From assembly GCA_024679065.1 (NCBI GenBank), contig JAGIQG010000019.1:42098001-42162000 (forward strand): DNA of 64,000 bases, given 5' to 3'. Of this stretch, positions 23,886 to 37,284 are shown one piece after another (within the stretch, counting starts at the first letter, position 1; each line of letters starts with the position of its first letter). Made by a program: the position numbers and the translations under genes. Under the pieces are notes generated by a model. That model searched no databases and was not told the origin of the DNA. It saw only the letters and a program-made list of their open reading frames with translations. Origin of the DNA: Sphyrna mokarran (lineage: Eukaryota).

Positions 23886-26800
23886 GCCAGTATCCCATAT
23901 TTGGCAACATAACCCAAAACAGTCAAAATTACGTAAGTGAGGTTAACCCTGTAATAAAGACCTGGCCACACTTTTACACACTGCCAACATCTCACAGCCC
24001 AACAGACAGCTCAGAGTCTTGTACAGCTGTGAGTTTTCCCTGTTGTTGCTTTATTACTTCTGCTGATGAGACCAGTGAGCTGTGGTCCAAACAAACTAAA
24101 AGAATGCCTGACTGGAAAAAATCTTTCAATATCTTTTAAATAGCTCTCAGCTTTTTCTGAAAAAAGAAGCAGCCTCTTTGCCAAGGGTTTTGCAGCCTGG
24201 GTTATGCTCATTGATGTGATTGAGAAAATACATAAAAGCCCATTTCAGGATATTGTATAACTCTAACTTCAGTTAGCAAATATTACAATAATTAACCTGA
24301 TTAACATGTATAATAGCTATTGCTTCGCATTACTCATACAGCATTACATAATCAGTAACCGCTATTGTAACCTTCAATAAACACGGCTATCATGTTACTC
24401 TGTAATCTAGGGGTCACGTAGCACTGTAGAAAAATGTATGTGGTATTTATTATTTCCCCAATGGAAGCTTTTGATATGTGCATTGTGCTTTCTGTTCTGA
24501 TACTGATATTAAATTGAATGCAATAAATCTTAAAAGTTTTAAAGTTTATTTATTAATGTCACAAGTAGACTTATGTTAACACAGCAATGATGTTACTGTT
24601 AAAATCCCCTAGTTGCCACAATCTGGTGCTTGTTCAGGTACATTGAGAGTGAATTTAGTATGGCCAATGCACCTAACCAACATGGTTTTCAGACAGTGGA
24701 AGGAAACCTGAGCACCCAGAGGAAACCCATACAGACACAGGGAGAATGTGCAGGCACCACACAGGCAGTGACCCAAGCCAGGAATCAAACCTGGATCATT
24801 GGCGCTGTAAGAAGTGCTAACTTCTTTTTGTTTGATCCTATGTGCTAACGTCTACTCAGCAATTCACAGGGCGGCGCAGTCATCTCCTCCTACGTCTCCA
24901 CCATTGGCAACTCTACCTCCTCTGAGGGGAGAACTGAGCTTAATCCATCCATCAGTTTCCCTCACAGAACCTGCCTCAACTCAAGAGTTGAGTGAATTGG
25001 GAATCTCACTGTGTTGGATCAAATTTAGAAATTTCTCAACACCAAGCCTAATTCAAAAAAACCTGTAGATTGCAGGTGGAGAGCATAATCAGCAGAAGGA
25101 GGGAATTCCAGAGCTCCGAGGCCCTAAGAAATAGAAGATGATGTTATAAGTACAGATAAGTGTTTTATATATTTAGTTAGGCTTATGCCCTTTAAGAGAA
25201 TGGGTCGGGTAACCCAGATCATTCTCATGCTGACTTGGAAATATATCACCATTCCTCCATCATTATGTCAAAATCCAGGAACTCCATCCCTAACAGCATG
25301 TGTGTGAACCTTCATCATGTAGACTCCAGCAGTGCAAGATAGCAGCTCATCACCACCTTCTCAAAGGACAATTAGGAATGGGCAATAAATGCAGGCTTTG
25401 CTAGTGATACCCACATTCTGTAAATGAATTTTAAAAACCCAAATAAAGATTGCTTCAAAGAGTAGGAAGATGAATCAGCTGTTCGATACCTTAATGAATT
25501 TTTAGCAACCAATTATTGAAGATTGTAATTATTCACGGCTGTTTGTCACTTTCCAAACTGAACTCATAACCAATAGCTCGCAGCAAGGTGCTAAAAATAG
25601 AAAATAATACTAATTTAACCTTTGTAGGTGTCAAGGATAATAATATAGAGAGCAAAGGTTATCTACCCTCTTCTCACCTTGACAAATTAATTGGCATCTA
25701 CCATTACTGGTAATACCATCTGTGCAAATGAGAGACATATTATCCCCTACAATCAATACAGAACTATCGAGAAAGCTTTTAATTTCTGGCTGACTTCAGT
25801 TTATGTAAACAGCAAAGACAATGACAAACTATAATTGCTGTTCTGGACATTGATTGTCTACATACATGAGATAACTGCCAAGCACATAATCTCATGAATC
25901 ACATTGTTCATTTAGACTTTATTCTTTAGAATGAAAATAATTATCTAATCCTAGTGATAGAACTTTATCTGTTTGAAGCAACCCTCTTTTTATTGTTCTC
26001 AAAATACCAACCATGTGTTTGCCTAATCTCACAAGGACTCCATGCGTAAATACTGATACCTTTAAGTAAATTCAATTATTTGCTGAATATTCGTAATTCC
26101 AAATGCAACATGGACCGTCTCAAGTAGTTCAACAAGTTTGCAGTTAAACGTTAGCCACACCAAAAGCATTGTCTTCGACACCTGACCAAATCTCTGTACC
26201 CTCTTCACCAAATTAAAACCCCTTCCCTAACTATTATCTCAGGTTGACCAGGACTTTGCAATATTGATGCCCTGTTCCAACATTGGGTAGAGCTTCCACT
26301 GCCACTACACATCCACTTTAATGCAGACAAGTGTGAATTGATTCACTTTGGTAGGATGTGAAAAAAAGATATAGAATACATTTCTAAGAGAAGTCCACTT
26401 TCTTGCACTCTCATAACATCATCTATCTCAGTCCATATGCTGCTGAAATATTCATTTAAGTCTTTTCATCTCCAGATTAAATTACTCCAGCATTTTCATG
26501 ACTGGCCTCCTATTCTCATGGGCAACACCATGGTACACTGGTTAGCAATGCTACCTCACAGCACCAGAGACCTGGGTTTGATTCCTGGTTTGGTCACCGT
26601 CTGTGCAGAGTCTGCATGTTCTCTCCAAGTTTGTATGGATTTCGGCCGGGTGCTCTAGTTTCCTCCCACAGTCTGAACAACATGAAGGTTATTGCATTGG
26701 TCATGCTAAATTTTCCCTCTGTTTCTGAACATGTGATTACTAGGGGATTTTTCACAATAACTTCATTGCAGTGTTAGTGTAAGCCTACTTGTGACACTAA

Positions 26801-27697
26801 AAAATTTAAAGATTAACCTCCATCTTCTATTGTTTGCTCATCAAGAACTCTGCCCATAACTCCTGTTCTTATTAACATGGTCTCCTAATATTTGAAATTT
26901 TAAATGATCATTAATGTATTTAACTACCACCATTACATCACTCCTCTCAATTTGTTAACCTCTTCGGATTATTCTACAGACTGCACCAGTAAGAAAGGAA
27001 TCAGTGAAAATGCTGGACACTGGTTGTTTCTGTTCCCCAATGTCACTTGTCACATTTGTTTGTGGGCTCTCGCTGTGCATAATTTTATAGACATTTGCCT
27101 ATACAAAAACGGCATCTTAAAATAAATTCATTAGTTGAGAGTTGCTTTTAGTTGTCTCTAGAATGTGCAAGGCTTCATAATGATGCAAAATTTACCACTT
27201 TTAGCCATTTGAAATTTGCAGGCCTCCTCCATTTCTTCTTGTGGTTGCAGGAGATTCCTTAAAACTTAATCTGGATAACAATTTGAGGCAAAACCGATTG
27301 TCACTTTCTGAATTAATAAACGACAGCTAACACCACTTAATAAAATTAATTTGTGTTTGACTAACTTGATTGAGATTGTTGTTGAAATAACGGTTATGAA
27401 GGTAATGTAGTTGATTTTGTGTGCTTGGACTTTCAAAAGATGTTTGCTGAAGTGGAGGTAACGGACTTGTTGATAACGTTAAAGCCAATGGGGTGCAAGG
27501 GACAGAGAAATTCAGCAGCTGGACTTCTTTTCTCACCAGGTCCTGCACCTCTCTTAGAAGTGTATTCTATGTCTTTTTTCACATTCTTCCTACCAAAATG
27601 AATCAATTCACACTTGTCTGCATTAAATTTCATCTACCCACTTTTCCACCAATTCCATTAGCCTATACAAAATTCTACACTATCTACCTCGTGCTTC

Positions 27698-28474
27698 TGT
27701 GATGATATTGTGCCTTTAAGAAATGTATGTGAGCCATGTTCTTGTGCAGGATTTGTTATTAGCAGTTTTATGCACTTGGTGCCATTCTCTTCACCGACAT
27801 GCTGTATTGTTACTGCAGCAGCATAATTGCTTCTAATGATTAGAATGTTGATTTCAATCTGAACTAATGCTGTTCTGCTATTTTCCTCTGGGGTTTTGTA
27901 GAGAGGGGTTTGATTGGAATGTTTGGCAGGTATGGTCATGTGACAGGAAAGATGGACTTATAAGAGTATTCAAGTTTAGATGCTGCTTTTTGAGTTGAGA
28001 GAGAGCAGTGTATCTCTTTTCCCCTCTCTGAAGTTGGAGACTGGGAGCTGCCAGAGGCTGAATTTGCTTCTCTGGGGTTTTGCTGTTTTGAGGATCTATC
28101 CTTCTCCAAAAACTGCTCTCAGAGTCTCTGGTGAGATGTATTAAAAAGATGAAATTTCAGCACTATGTCAGCATATTTATTTTGGTGCTCACCAATTCTG
28201 AATAAGAGTGTGTGTCTGTGGGGTATTCCTTTATATTGGAACAACAGAGATAGGTTAAGGATTGTACTTTGCCATATTTAACTATTTTAACTGGTGAAAG
28301 TCATGTTAATTCTTTTTATTATATTCTAATTGTGTTCTTCTACAAATTTGTTTTGATAAAAGCTTCCTAATGGATCACTTTAATCATACCTGGAGTGAAA
28401 CACCTTATGTTCACCCTGATGCCGAAGTCAAATGTTCAAGTAAGGCCTTGAAGTTTCTGATCTGGGCCTTAACA
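27698..28474 (+). mobile_element. Solo LTR (Gypsy-like, 4-bp TSD)
   Basis: TGT...ACA termini flanked by CTTC at 27694-27697 and 28475-28478; interrupts a minus-strand CR1 fragment; 777 bp. Strand is tentative. Confidence 0.78.
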
Positions 28475-28834
28475 CTTCACAATACTTACAAGTTTCTTAT
28501 CATCCACAAATTTTAAAATTATGGCCTATACGCCAAGGTCTTAGTCATCAATGTATTACAGAAATCCAATCTATAGGAACCTCAACTCTAAAGGGGAGAT
28601 GGTGGTCTTGTGATAATGTCATTGGATAAAGTCTTCTGCTATGTTCCATGGACATGGTTCAAATCCCATCATGGTAGCTGGTAGAAATTAAATTCAATTA
28701 ATAAATCTGTAATTGAAAGCTAGTCTCAGATTGGTGACTATGAAAGTATCATCAATGGTTTTAAAGAAACGTCTGGTTCATTAATGTCCTTTAGGGAAGG
28801 AAATTTGCTGTCCTTATTTCCAGGCAGTGCATTC

Positions 28835-29935
28835 CAAACCCAAACCAGTCTTCATATGAAAGTATTTTCTCGCCCGACATTTGCTTCTTTTGCAAATAAC
28901 TTTGAATCTATGCCTTCTCATTCTCCATCCTTTTACGAGCAGGAATAATTTCTTCCTATGTTCAACCCCTTGTGATTCTGAACACCTCTTATCAAATCTC
29001 TTCTTGTGGCACAGTGTTTAGCACTGCTGCCTCACTGTACCAGGGAGTTGGGTTCAATTTTTTGCTTGGATCACTGTCTGAGTGGTATTTGCACATTCTC
29101 CCTCTGTCTGTGTGGATTTCCTCTAGGTGCTCTGGTTCCCCCCCCCAAACCCCCACCCCCAGCCACCTCATACAATCCATACATGTGCAGTTTCAGTGAA
29201 TTGGTCATGATACGTTCTCCCTCAGTGTAGCTGAACAGGTATCAGACTGTGGCAACTAGGGAATTTTCACAGTAACTTCATTGCAGTGTGAATGTAAGCC
29301 TAATTGTAATTAATATACTTTACTTTAGCCTTCTTTTCTACATGGAGAACAGTTCCAACCTCTCCAATCATAATGAAATTCTTCATCCCTGGAACAATTT
29401 TTCTAAACCTCTTCTGCACTATCTCCAATGCATTCACATTCTTCCTATAGTGTGGCGTCCAGAACTATACACGATATTTAAATTTAAATATTTAATTAGA
29501 TTTAAATTTAAATTTAAATTGAGATTTAAATAGTGTTTTGTATAAGTTCAGCATAACCTCCTTGCTCTTGTATTCTATGTCCCTAATAATGAAATCCAGA
29601 AGATTATAGGTTTATTAACAGCTCTCCATTTTTAATGGTCTATGCACATATACACCTAGCTCCCTCTGCTCCTATATTCTCTTAAGAATATTACCTTTAT
29701 TTTATATTGTTTGACCATGTGCTTTGTACCAAAATACATTACCTCAAATTATCTGCATTGACCTTCTCCTTCCACCTACTTCACCAATTTGTCCATGTCC
29801 TTTTAAAGTTCTGCACTATCCCCTTTACAGTTAACAACACATCCAAGTTCTGTGTCATCTGCAAAGTTTGAAATTGTCTCCTGCATCCCAAGATCTCGAT
29901 CATTAATCTGTATCAGCAAAAGCAAGGGTCCCGAT
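28835..29935 (-). mobile_element. CR1 LINE fragment with nested V-SINE (29005-29320)
   Basis: gtgtcatctgcaaagttt (KFADDT on minus) and ccagaactatacacgatatt (YRV-FW on minus). Confidence 0.75.
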
Positions 29936-29999
29936 TTGCAGCCCAGTTTATTCTATGCTTTCCCACTTTCTATTATGTGTTCATGTGGACACCTTCCCA

Positions 30000-30640
30000 T
30001 TGCGGCTGCGCGGAATATTCAACACATCCTTACTCTTCCACTGCGCTTGCGTAAAGGGCCCTTGGCAGACATGAACACCGGCGCCTGCGCATTAGGATGT
30101 GCTCTGGGGGGGGTGAGTCTCCCCCCGAAACAGGAGACGTGTACGCCTGCGTCGTAAGGCACGAGTCGGCATCCGTGCATTAGGACCGACTTCGGGGAAG
30201 CCACGGGAGTGACTAGCGCTTGCGCAGTAACGCCGTTTCCCCTGGACCGGAAGATCGGCGCCTGCGCTGCAAGAGAGAAAGAGCCGCCTTTGGGCGAGGG
30301 CACTTTGGAGCAACGGTCCTCCAAGAGGGCGGGGCCGGCAGAGTCTGTGTTACGCATGCGTGTTGGGTGGGATCCTCCTTCCAGAAGAGCGTGTGCGCCG
30401 CCGAGCAGTAGCGACGGTTCGAGATCGGAGGGGAGCGCGCTTAGTGTGTCTCCACCCCTCGGGAGAGAGAAAAAAATATACACCTAAACGCCACAAGATG
30501 AATGAGGAGTACGACGTGATCGTGCTGGGCACCGGGCTCACGGTGCGTTGGCCTTTTTATTTGCTTGCTGTAGCCGGGAGTATGTCGGTGTTATCATTGG
30601 GGGCAGTGGGTGAGGGAGGCAGCGCCCGCCTAGGCCTCAG
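30000..30640 (+). promoter_or_regulatory. CpG island / TATA-less housekeeping promoter of GDI2
   Basis: Only strongly CpG-dense stretch in the window. NRF1-type GCGCCTGCGCA 30081-30091, GCGCTTGCGCA 30216-30226, GCGCCTGCGC 30258-30267; ETS CCGGAAG 30247-30253; GC box GGGCGGGGC 30327-30335; directly upstream of ATG 30498. Confidence 0.88.
30498..30542 (+). CDS. GDI2: Rab GDP dissociation inhibitor beta, exon 1
   Basis: ccacaagATG AAT GAG GAG TAC...CTC ACG|gtgcgt = MNEEYDVIVLGTGLT, the canonical RabGDI N-terminus (45 bp). Confidence 0.96.
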
Positions 30641-31260
30641 GCCTTTCTCTCACTCTCCCTCACTTTTGCTTCCAGCTGAGTCAGGGGAAAGGGGCGGGGG
30701 GGCTGTGTGCTGGGTAGAGGGCTCAGACTCTGCAGCAAGTAGGGAAGGGGGGGTTATATTTGCAAATTAATTCATTGCCCTCTTTCTCACCCCCACACCT
30801 AAATATTTATAATTAAACAAATGGGGTGTTTCTCCTTTTGTAGATCCCGGAAGCGTCTGAGTTGGCGGTAATGAAGCCCTAGGCTGGACACCTGGGTAGA
30901 GAGAGAAAGGGGAGCTATTTTCCCAAGCGATTTATCACTTTCCTCTACTTTTACACTGACGGTGCTTGAGTTTTGTTTCCAGAATTCTCTTTTTGTTTGA
31001 TTCCTCCCCCCCCCTCCCCACCAAGCATCCTGAGGCGTCTTGCTTATTTTGTCAGTTTTCCTCGACGCAATGGCAAAGGGAATGCTAGAATATGAAATTT
31101 GAAAAAAAGCTGGAAATACTGGTCTAGCAGCACTAGGAGAAATATTCTGCTGAAAAGTCACAGACTGAAACGTTAATCTGTTTCTCTCTTATATCTCTTT
31201 CAACAGATGCTGAATCGTTCCAGCAATTTCTGTGTCCAGAATACTGACAAAATACTGCAG

Positions 31261-31427
31261 ATGCTGGAAAACCTCAGCAGGTATGACAGTATCCATGAAT
31301 AAATAGTCAGTGTTTTGAGTGGGTGACAGAATCAGATGCTGTCAGACCGGGTCTGACAGCATCTGTCATCCACTCAAAAGACTATTTATCTATGAATACT
31401 GTCAGACCAGCTGAGGTTTTCCAGCAT
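31261..31427. repeat. Long inverted repeat (hairpin) in GDI2 intron 1
   Basis: Perfect inner 16-bp arms 31333-31348/31350-31365; imperfect outer arms atgctggaaaacctcagc.../...gctgaggttttccagcat. Confidence 0.9.
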
Positions 31428-33013
31428 TTTCTGTAGTTCTTTTGTGTTGATTAGTTAAAGATGTATGTTCTATGCAACCACTGTAAATGTGTACAAATGT
31501 GAAAGTGGTAATAATGCAGTTATGCTTTTCAAACTTCCTTCATTGAGTCACTTTTTGTGTGAGCAGATGGAACCTCAGGCTTAAAATTGCTCCCTTCTAC
31601 ACAGTATGATGAACATTTACATTTGCAGCTCTACCAGTGAAAAGTTAGGGAGACTTGAGGTGGATCATTTATTAAATTTACTGAAAATTTGAAAGCATTG
31701 CTGCAGAAGGAATGACCTTTTAAAGGATTATTAGTCACAAGGAGGCTTACATTTGCACACTGCAATGAAGTTGCTGTGAAATTCCTGTAGTATTTATTAA
31801 TGTATTTACACTGCATTACTTGGTGAAATAACTGCCTTGCAAACTGATGCAGTAAATACTTGATGAAGTTTAATGGATTCATGGCTGTATAGTGTGTGTT
31901 TTCGGTATCAAGTAGATTCTTAGATTTGAAATCAGCATGACTGAAGAGGGGTCAGCTGTTACAAAACAGGACTTTGGACCTGTTTTTCTGCTGTGGCTTA
32001 CGTGGATTAGTCTTGTTGGAACAGTAAAACTTAAGCAATGTCTGCAAACCTTCCAAATGGTGGGGTTTAATCTGTATACAATGACTATATATAAGCAAAA
32101 TGGTACTGTTGTGTGTGTGGTGAATATCATTAATGCACGGCATATGTAAATATACTGGTTTAGCTTTAGAGATTTGAGTCAGTCAATTTGAATTCCAAGT
32201 TGCAGGATACATTTTGGGAGAAATAGGTGAGTAGCCTTGGGGAGAGATGCCACTAGACTCATTATCCAGAGGCCCAGGCTAATACTGTGACATGGGTTCA
32301 AACCCTGCCATGGCAGCTGTTAGAATTTAAATTGTTAGTAATCTGGAGTGTAAAATTAGTTTCCGTAATGGGACTGTAGATGAAATTTAGTGGATTTGTG
32401 GTTTATAGTGTGTTTTTGATATTAGATTCTTAGACATTTTAATCAGCATGGTTGAAAAGGGTCAGCATCTAGTTACAAAACAGGACTTTGGAAAATGCTG
32501 GATAAATATATTTGTGGAAAGAGTTAATGTTTTGAGTATAATGACTCTTGAAGTGACTGATATGACTAAAAAAACTGTTGTAAAAAACAATTTGGTTCAC
32601 TTTCTGGGAAGGATATGTCTTCCTCAACTGGCCTAACCTACATTTGACTCCAGGCCCACAGCAATTTCCCTTTGAAATGACTGAGCAAGCCTCTTGGCTC
32701 AAGGGTAATTGGAGGTGGACAACAAATGCTGGTCTTACAAGCAGCTCATAAAAATAAAAAACTCAGTAACAAGTGCAACTTCCATTCTCCCTGCCTCCCT
32801 TTAATATGCGGTTTAAATACAGCATTTTATGGAAAATATATTTAAGTTCTTTGAAAGCAGCCAGACTGTTTGTCCCTTTAAAAGCATTTTATTTCTCTGC
32901 ATTTCAATTTACTAATAAAAAAAACAATTATAGCTTCTGGTTTTTCCTTTATTCATTGAAGTTTTTATTTTGGACTTGTGAATGAAATTAATTAGTTGCT
33001 TCTAAGCTATTGG

Positions 33014-33445
33014 ACAAAGAACAACACAGCACAGGAAACAGGCCCTTTGGCTCAACAAGCCCACGCTGTCATTTTAATATTCCCATTTCCACCCATGACC
33101 CTTATCTATGTTTATGGAAATCTGCATTGGAACTGAATTGGGGAGACAATTTAGGGACAATTTGTTTCGCAATCAGCATAAGAGCACATCTGTGGGATGT
33201 GGGAGGAAACTGGAGCACCTGGAGAAAATCCACGCAAGCATGGGAGATTGTGAAAACTCCCACAAATACCGGCCCAAATCCCTGTATCTGCACAGCAACA
33301 GTGATAGTCACTGAGCTGTCATGTTGCCCATCATCTGGTCCAGTTTAAGTGTACACTTATGATGTGAAGCAATAGGCTACACTCAAAATCCAAGAACAGC
33401 CCTCTAATGACCCATCGCGTGTATGCCCCTTGTTGAAGAACAAGG
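33014..33445 (-). mobile_element. Composite SINE-like element with structured 5' head, copy 2
   Basis: Collinear with 14934-15374; possible TSD tattgg at 33008-33013 and 33448-33453. Confidence 0.85.
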
Positions 33446-36400
33446 CATATTGGTCTAGTTTCAAAACATCATGAATAATGTCACTGGTCCATTGAACACA
33501 TTCTTTCAGTGGGTTCACCTGTTTTCATTCCTGTTTTTATGGCTGTGTAGTGTCCATGTCACTGAAAATCTTAGCTACAACATCACCCAAGCCAAATTGA
33601 AGGAAAAAGTCTACTGAACAAGATGAAGGAAAAGAGAACTTTTTATCTAAACTTCACCTCATAATTTCAGAATATCACAAAATGAACTGTAGCCAATTGA
33701 AATGCAATCAGTGTAGTATTGCAAGAAAGTGTGTGCTGGAAGTCCCAGAAATGGTGTAATGATAGGCCAGGACAATACTCTGCTCCTGTACAAATTGCAT
33801 CAATGAATGTTTTACACTGACCAAATGGAGTAGATGTGGCTTTGGCATATCATTTAGAAGATAATATAGTGTGAACCTAGAATGTATTCAATTTTTGAGC
33901 AGAGGGCTTGGATTCATGAGCTTCTGAGTCACGGTGTGCATGCTATCACTGTGCCAAGACTGAGAGCTGGGAGAGAAAGTGGTAGGGAATTTGAATTCTT
34001 ATTTAGTGCAACAGTGGTGAACCAAGAGATGTTACCATAAATGGAAGTGAAAATGTGATTCAATGTACTGAAAACAAAAAAATCTGACTTGGTGCATAGT
34101 TTGTTGGTGGAAGCCTGAGAGCCAGTTAGTTCTCAGTTCTGCTTTGGATTGGAAGTTGCTGTGATCACTTTGAGATGGGCTCATTGGGAAGAAGTAGTTC
34201 CACAATAGTTATAGGTTGATATAGTTGAACAGGGTAAAAAAAAATGGAAGGTTGTGTGATGAGTGGCATATTCTGTGTTCTGCTGTTCTAAGCACACAAC
34301 TTGTTCTGGTTGTAAAGAAATATATTTGCTTTTAAGCTGCAACTTGGGATTTTTATGCATGTGATCTAGATTGCTTTTTATGCTGATGCTGAAATCTGAT
34401 GTCATTGCTGGCTTGGCTAGTATTTAGTATTAGGTAATTTTGATATCAAACTAGACAGATAAGCAGTCATTAAGTTCATGAATTTATAAATTCATGTTGC
34501 AGGTGTATAAATATATCAGCTGATAAAGAGGCTCATTTTTACAAGACATTAAAACGTGCATTAAACCTGCCAAATATGAGGTTTAAAACAGATCTTAGTA
34601 AAAATGGTTAGTTAATTATAAAAAGCTTATTTGCATGGTTTGATTATATGAATGTGCATCAATATTTTGTATGAATCGTTTTGGTATTTTTTGTTATCAC
34701 ATTGAAAGATATTATACCTTTGAGGAAGTAAAGGTCAAACATTTTAGCCCATCTGTAATACCTGCAGTACAAATTGATTCTGGCCTTTTGAGTCTCTGCT
34801 TAAAATTACACTTTAAATTGTAGAATATTGGCTGATGAGCAGTGAGCAGCAGCAGTTTAACTGATCCACTTGCCAGTCATTAATTTCTGATACTTGTAGT
34901 AGCAATTATACACTGGCATTGGAGCTGTCATTGTTAGCAGTAATGTTGGAATGTTCTTGTCTGCATTGTAGCCAATAAATAACTCAAATTTAACTGTGCT
35001 GTAAATTTTCTTTTTAATCATAGTGATACCTTCAGTTTAGTAGTAGTGTTTCCATTGGTTTAATCTGTTGCACCGTACAGTTTAGAAAAGGAGCCTTGGA
35101 GTGGGTAATGGGTCCTGCATGATTGTTGGGTAGTATGGTTGTGGCACTATGCAGTACTCTGAAAATCAGTAAGTCACTAAAAATAACTTGGTGTACACAT
35201 CTGATTTAAATGCCCAAAATATTATAGGCAGCAGAGATGCACTTGTTCATCTGACTAGTATTTTGCTGGTAATTTATACTTAACAGAAATAGGTTAAAGG
35301 ATCTAAGATACTCTTATTCCTTGCAGTGGTTGAATTGAATGTTGCTTTCTGTCTTGGTTTGTTCTGATCATTTCAGGTTGTTCAAAATTGTGGTATTTTT
35401 GATCTGCAATTGAAATCCTAATCACGGATGTACTATTTAAGAATTGCTTATTCCCACCACTGTAACATTAGACAGTTCTGCTCTCTCGCCTCATCCACTG
35501 AATCTTTCATTTCTCATTTGACTATTCCAGTGGCCAGATTTCATAAGCTTGAAGTCATCCAAAACTGTACTTGCCTTAATTGGCACCAAGCATGATCACC
35601 CATTACTCCATTGGTTGCTGACTGATTTGGGTTCTCAATTAAGCAATACTGCTTTCAAGCTTTGTCCATTTTCCAAATTCCTCTAGTGTTGAATGCTATT
35701 TCCCCCACCCCCAAATCTTACTGTTGCTTAAAATCAAAATGACAAGACAATGGAAGAATGGTAGTACCCTGGGGATAAGATCAAATCCTGGCTAGTATTG
35801 GAAGCTGAGTTGTCAATTTTATGGCCCACTGTAACCACAATCTCTGGATTGATTGCACTGTCAGTAAACACTGCCTTTGGAAGTTGCAGGATGTGTTTTG
35901 CTTAACTTTCATTATCTTAATCCCTGATCTAATTTGAACAGGGAATGACAACTAAAACTATCTTTCAAACTGTTTTAAAACTGTATGCTTGGCTACTGAA
36001 GATGCTGCTCTATGGAAATAGCAAAAAATCAGTATGTAAATAACTTGTATTCTTTTGTGGTGCTACTGCCAAAATAGTTGCTGCTTTGCATCCCTTAAAC
36101 ATTTTCCCAATCAAAGCACTTCAATAAACTTGCACCCATTAGTTTTTTGCTTTTGTAATCGTAAATATCGTCCTGAGGGTTTTGAAATGAACTCCTGTTG
36201 AATAGCTTTCCAAGCAAATAATTTTGCAAAAAAATCTTTTATGGGATAAAGACAGATTGGCATCTAAACTGATGATTATTAGTGTTACTTTATGGTTTAT
36301 TTTGCAAGTAAAACCAAGCTTCTCCATTTTCTTGGAGGGGTTTCTTTTAAAAATTACAGGAAACAGTGGTTGTGTGTTTGTTTTGCAACCACTTAACCTA

Positions 36401-37284
36401 GTTGGTTCCTTGTTGTTTATTATTCGGATGTGCAATCTTAATTTGCTAGACTGCATGATCAGTTTTGACAGAACTTGTCATGATGTGAGAAATAGTTATG
36501 TTTTGGTTGAAGTGGAGGGCAAGAAAAAGACTATATCTAGAAGTTGTTTCACCATTCATATTGGTCAAAAGTAAATTTGCCTTATACCTTCATTCATTTG
36601 ATTCATTAAGTTATGCTAAAATATACCCCATTTTTTCTTTAAATGGGTGACATACTTGTGTAGTTACTGCAGTCTGAGATTTGACAAATCTTAACATGCT
36701 GTATGGAGAACACCCTTTGGTTGAAGTGATACAGGTTTTGGACGGTTTTAATCAGCACTTTAGCCTTAAAGTTCAAGTTTGTTTTGTCTCTGTCCCCCAA
36801 GAGCTCTTCAGATTTTGTGAAATCTATATTTCTCAATTTATCTGCATTTCATAGAATCCCTACACAGCAGAAGGTGGCCATTTGGTCCATTGAGCCTGCA
36901 TTGATCACATTTGCCCAGGTCTTATCCCCATAACCCCATGTTTTATCCTGCTAATCCACTGACTAAGCAGTGATTTACTATGGCCAATCAACCTTCATAT
37001 CGCTACTTCTGGCCATAACAATTTACAAGCAGTTCACTGATCTGAATTTCCACGAGGGCTTTGTCTTTGACAATGAGGTGATTTGAATGGTGTCCAATTC
37101 TCCAGATTGGACACGGAACAATGCCTCAAGATAAAAGCAAAATGCTATAGATGCTGAGATCAAGTGCAGTAGGTCTGGCAGCATTCTTGGTGAGAGAAAT
37201 GTGAGTTGATGCTTTTGTTTATGACTCATTGGAACCCCCCCTATTCAGAGATCTGTCCTATATAAATTTTACACTCGGATGAAA

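Noticed and set aside
29475-29532. (ATTTAA)n self-complementary AT tract
   Set aside because: Simple slippage repeat inside a decayed CR1; no evidence of function.
30019-30770. Overlapping 60-154 aa ORFs around the GDI2 promoter
   Set aside because: Expected in GC-rich CpG islands; only the 15-codon GDI2 exon 1 is recognisable.
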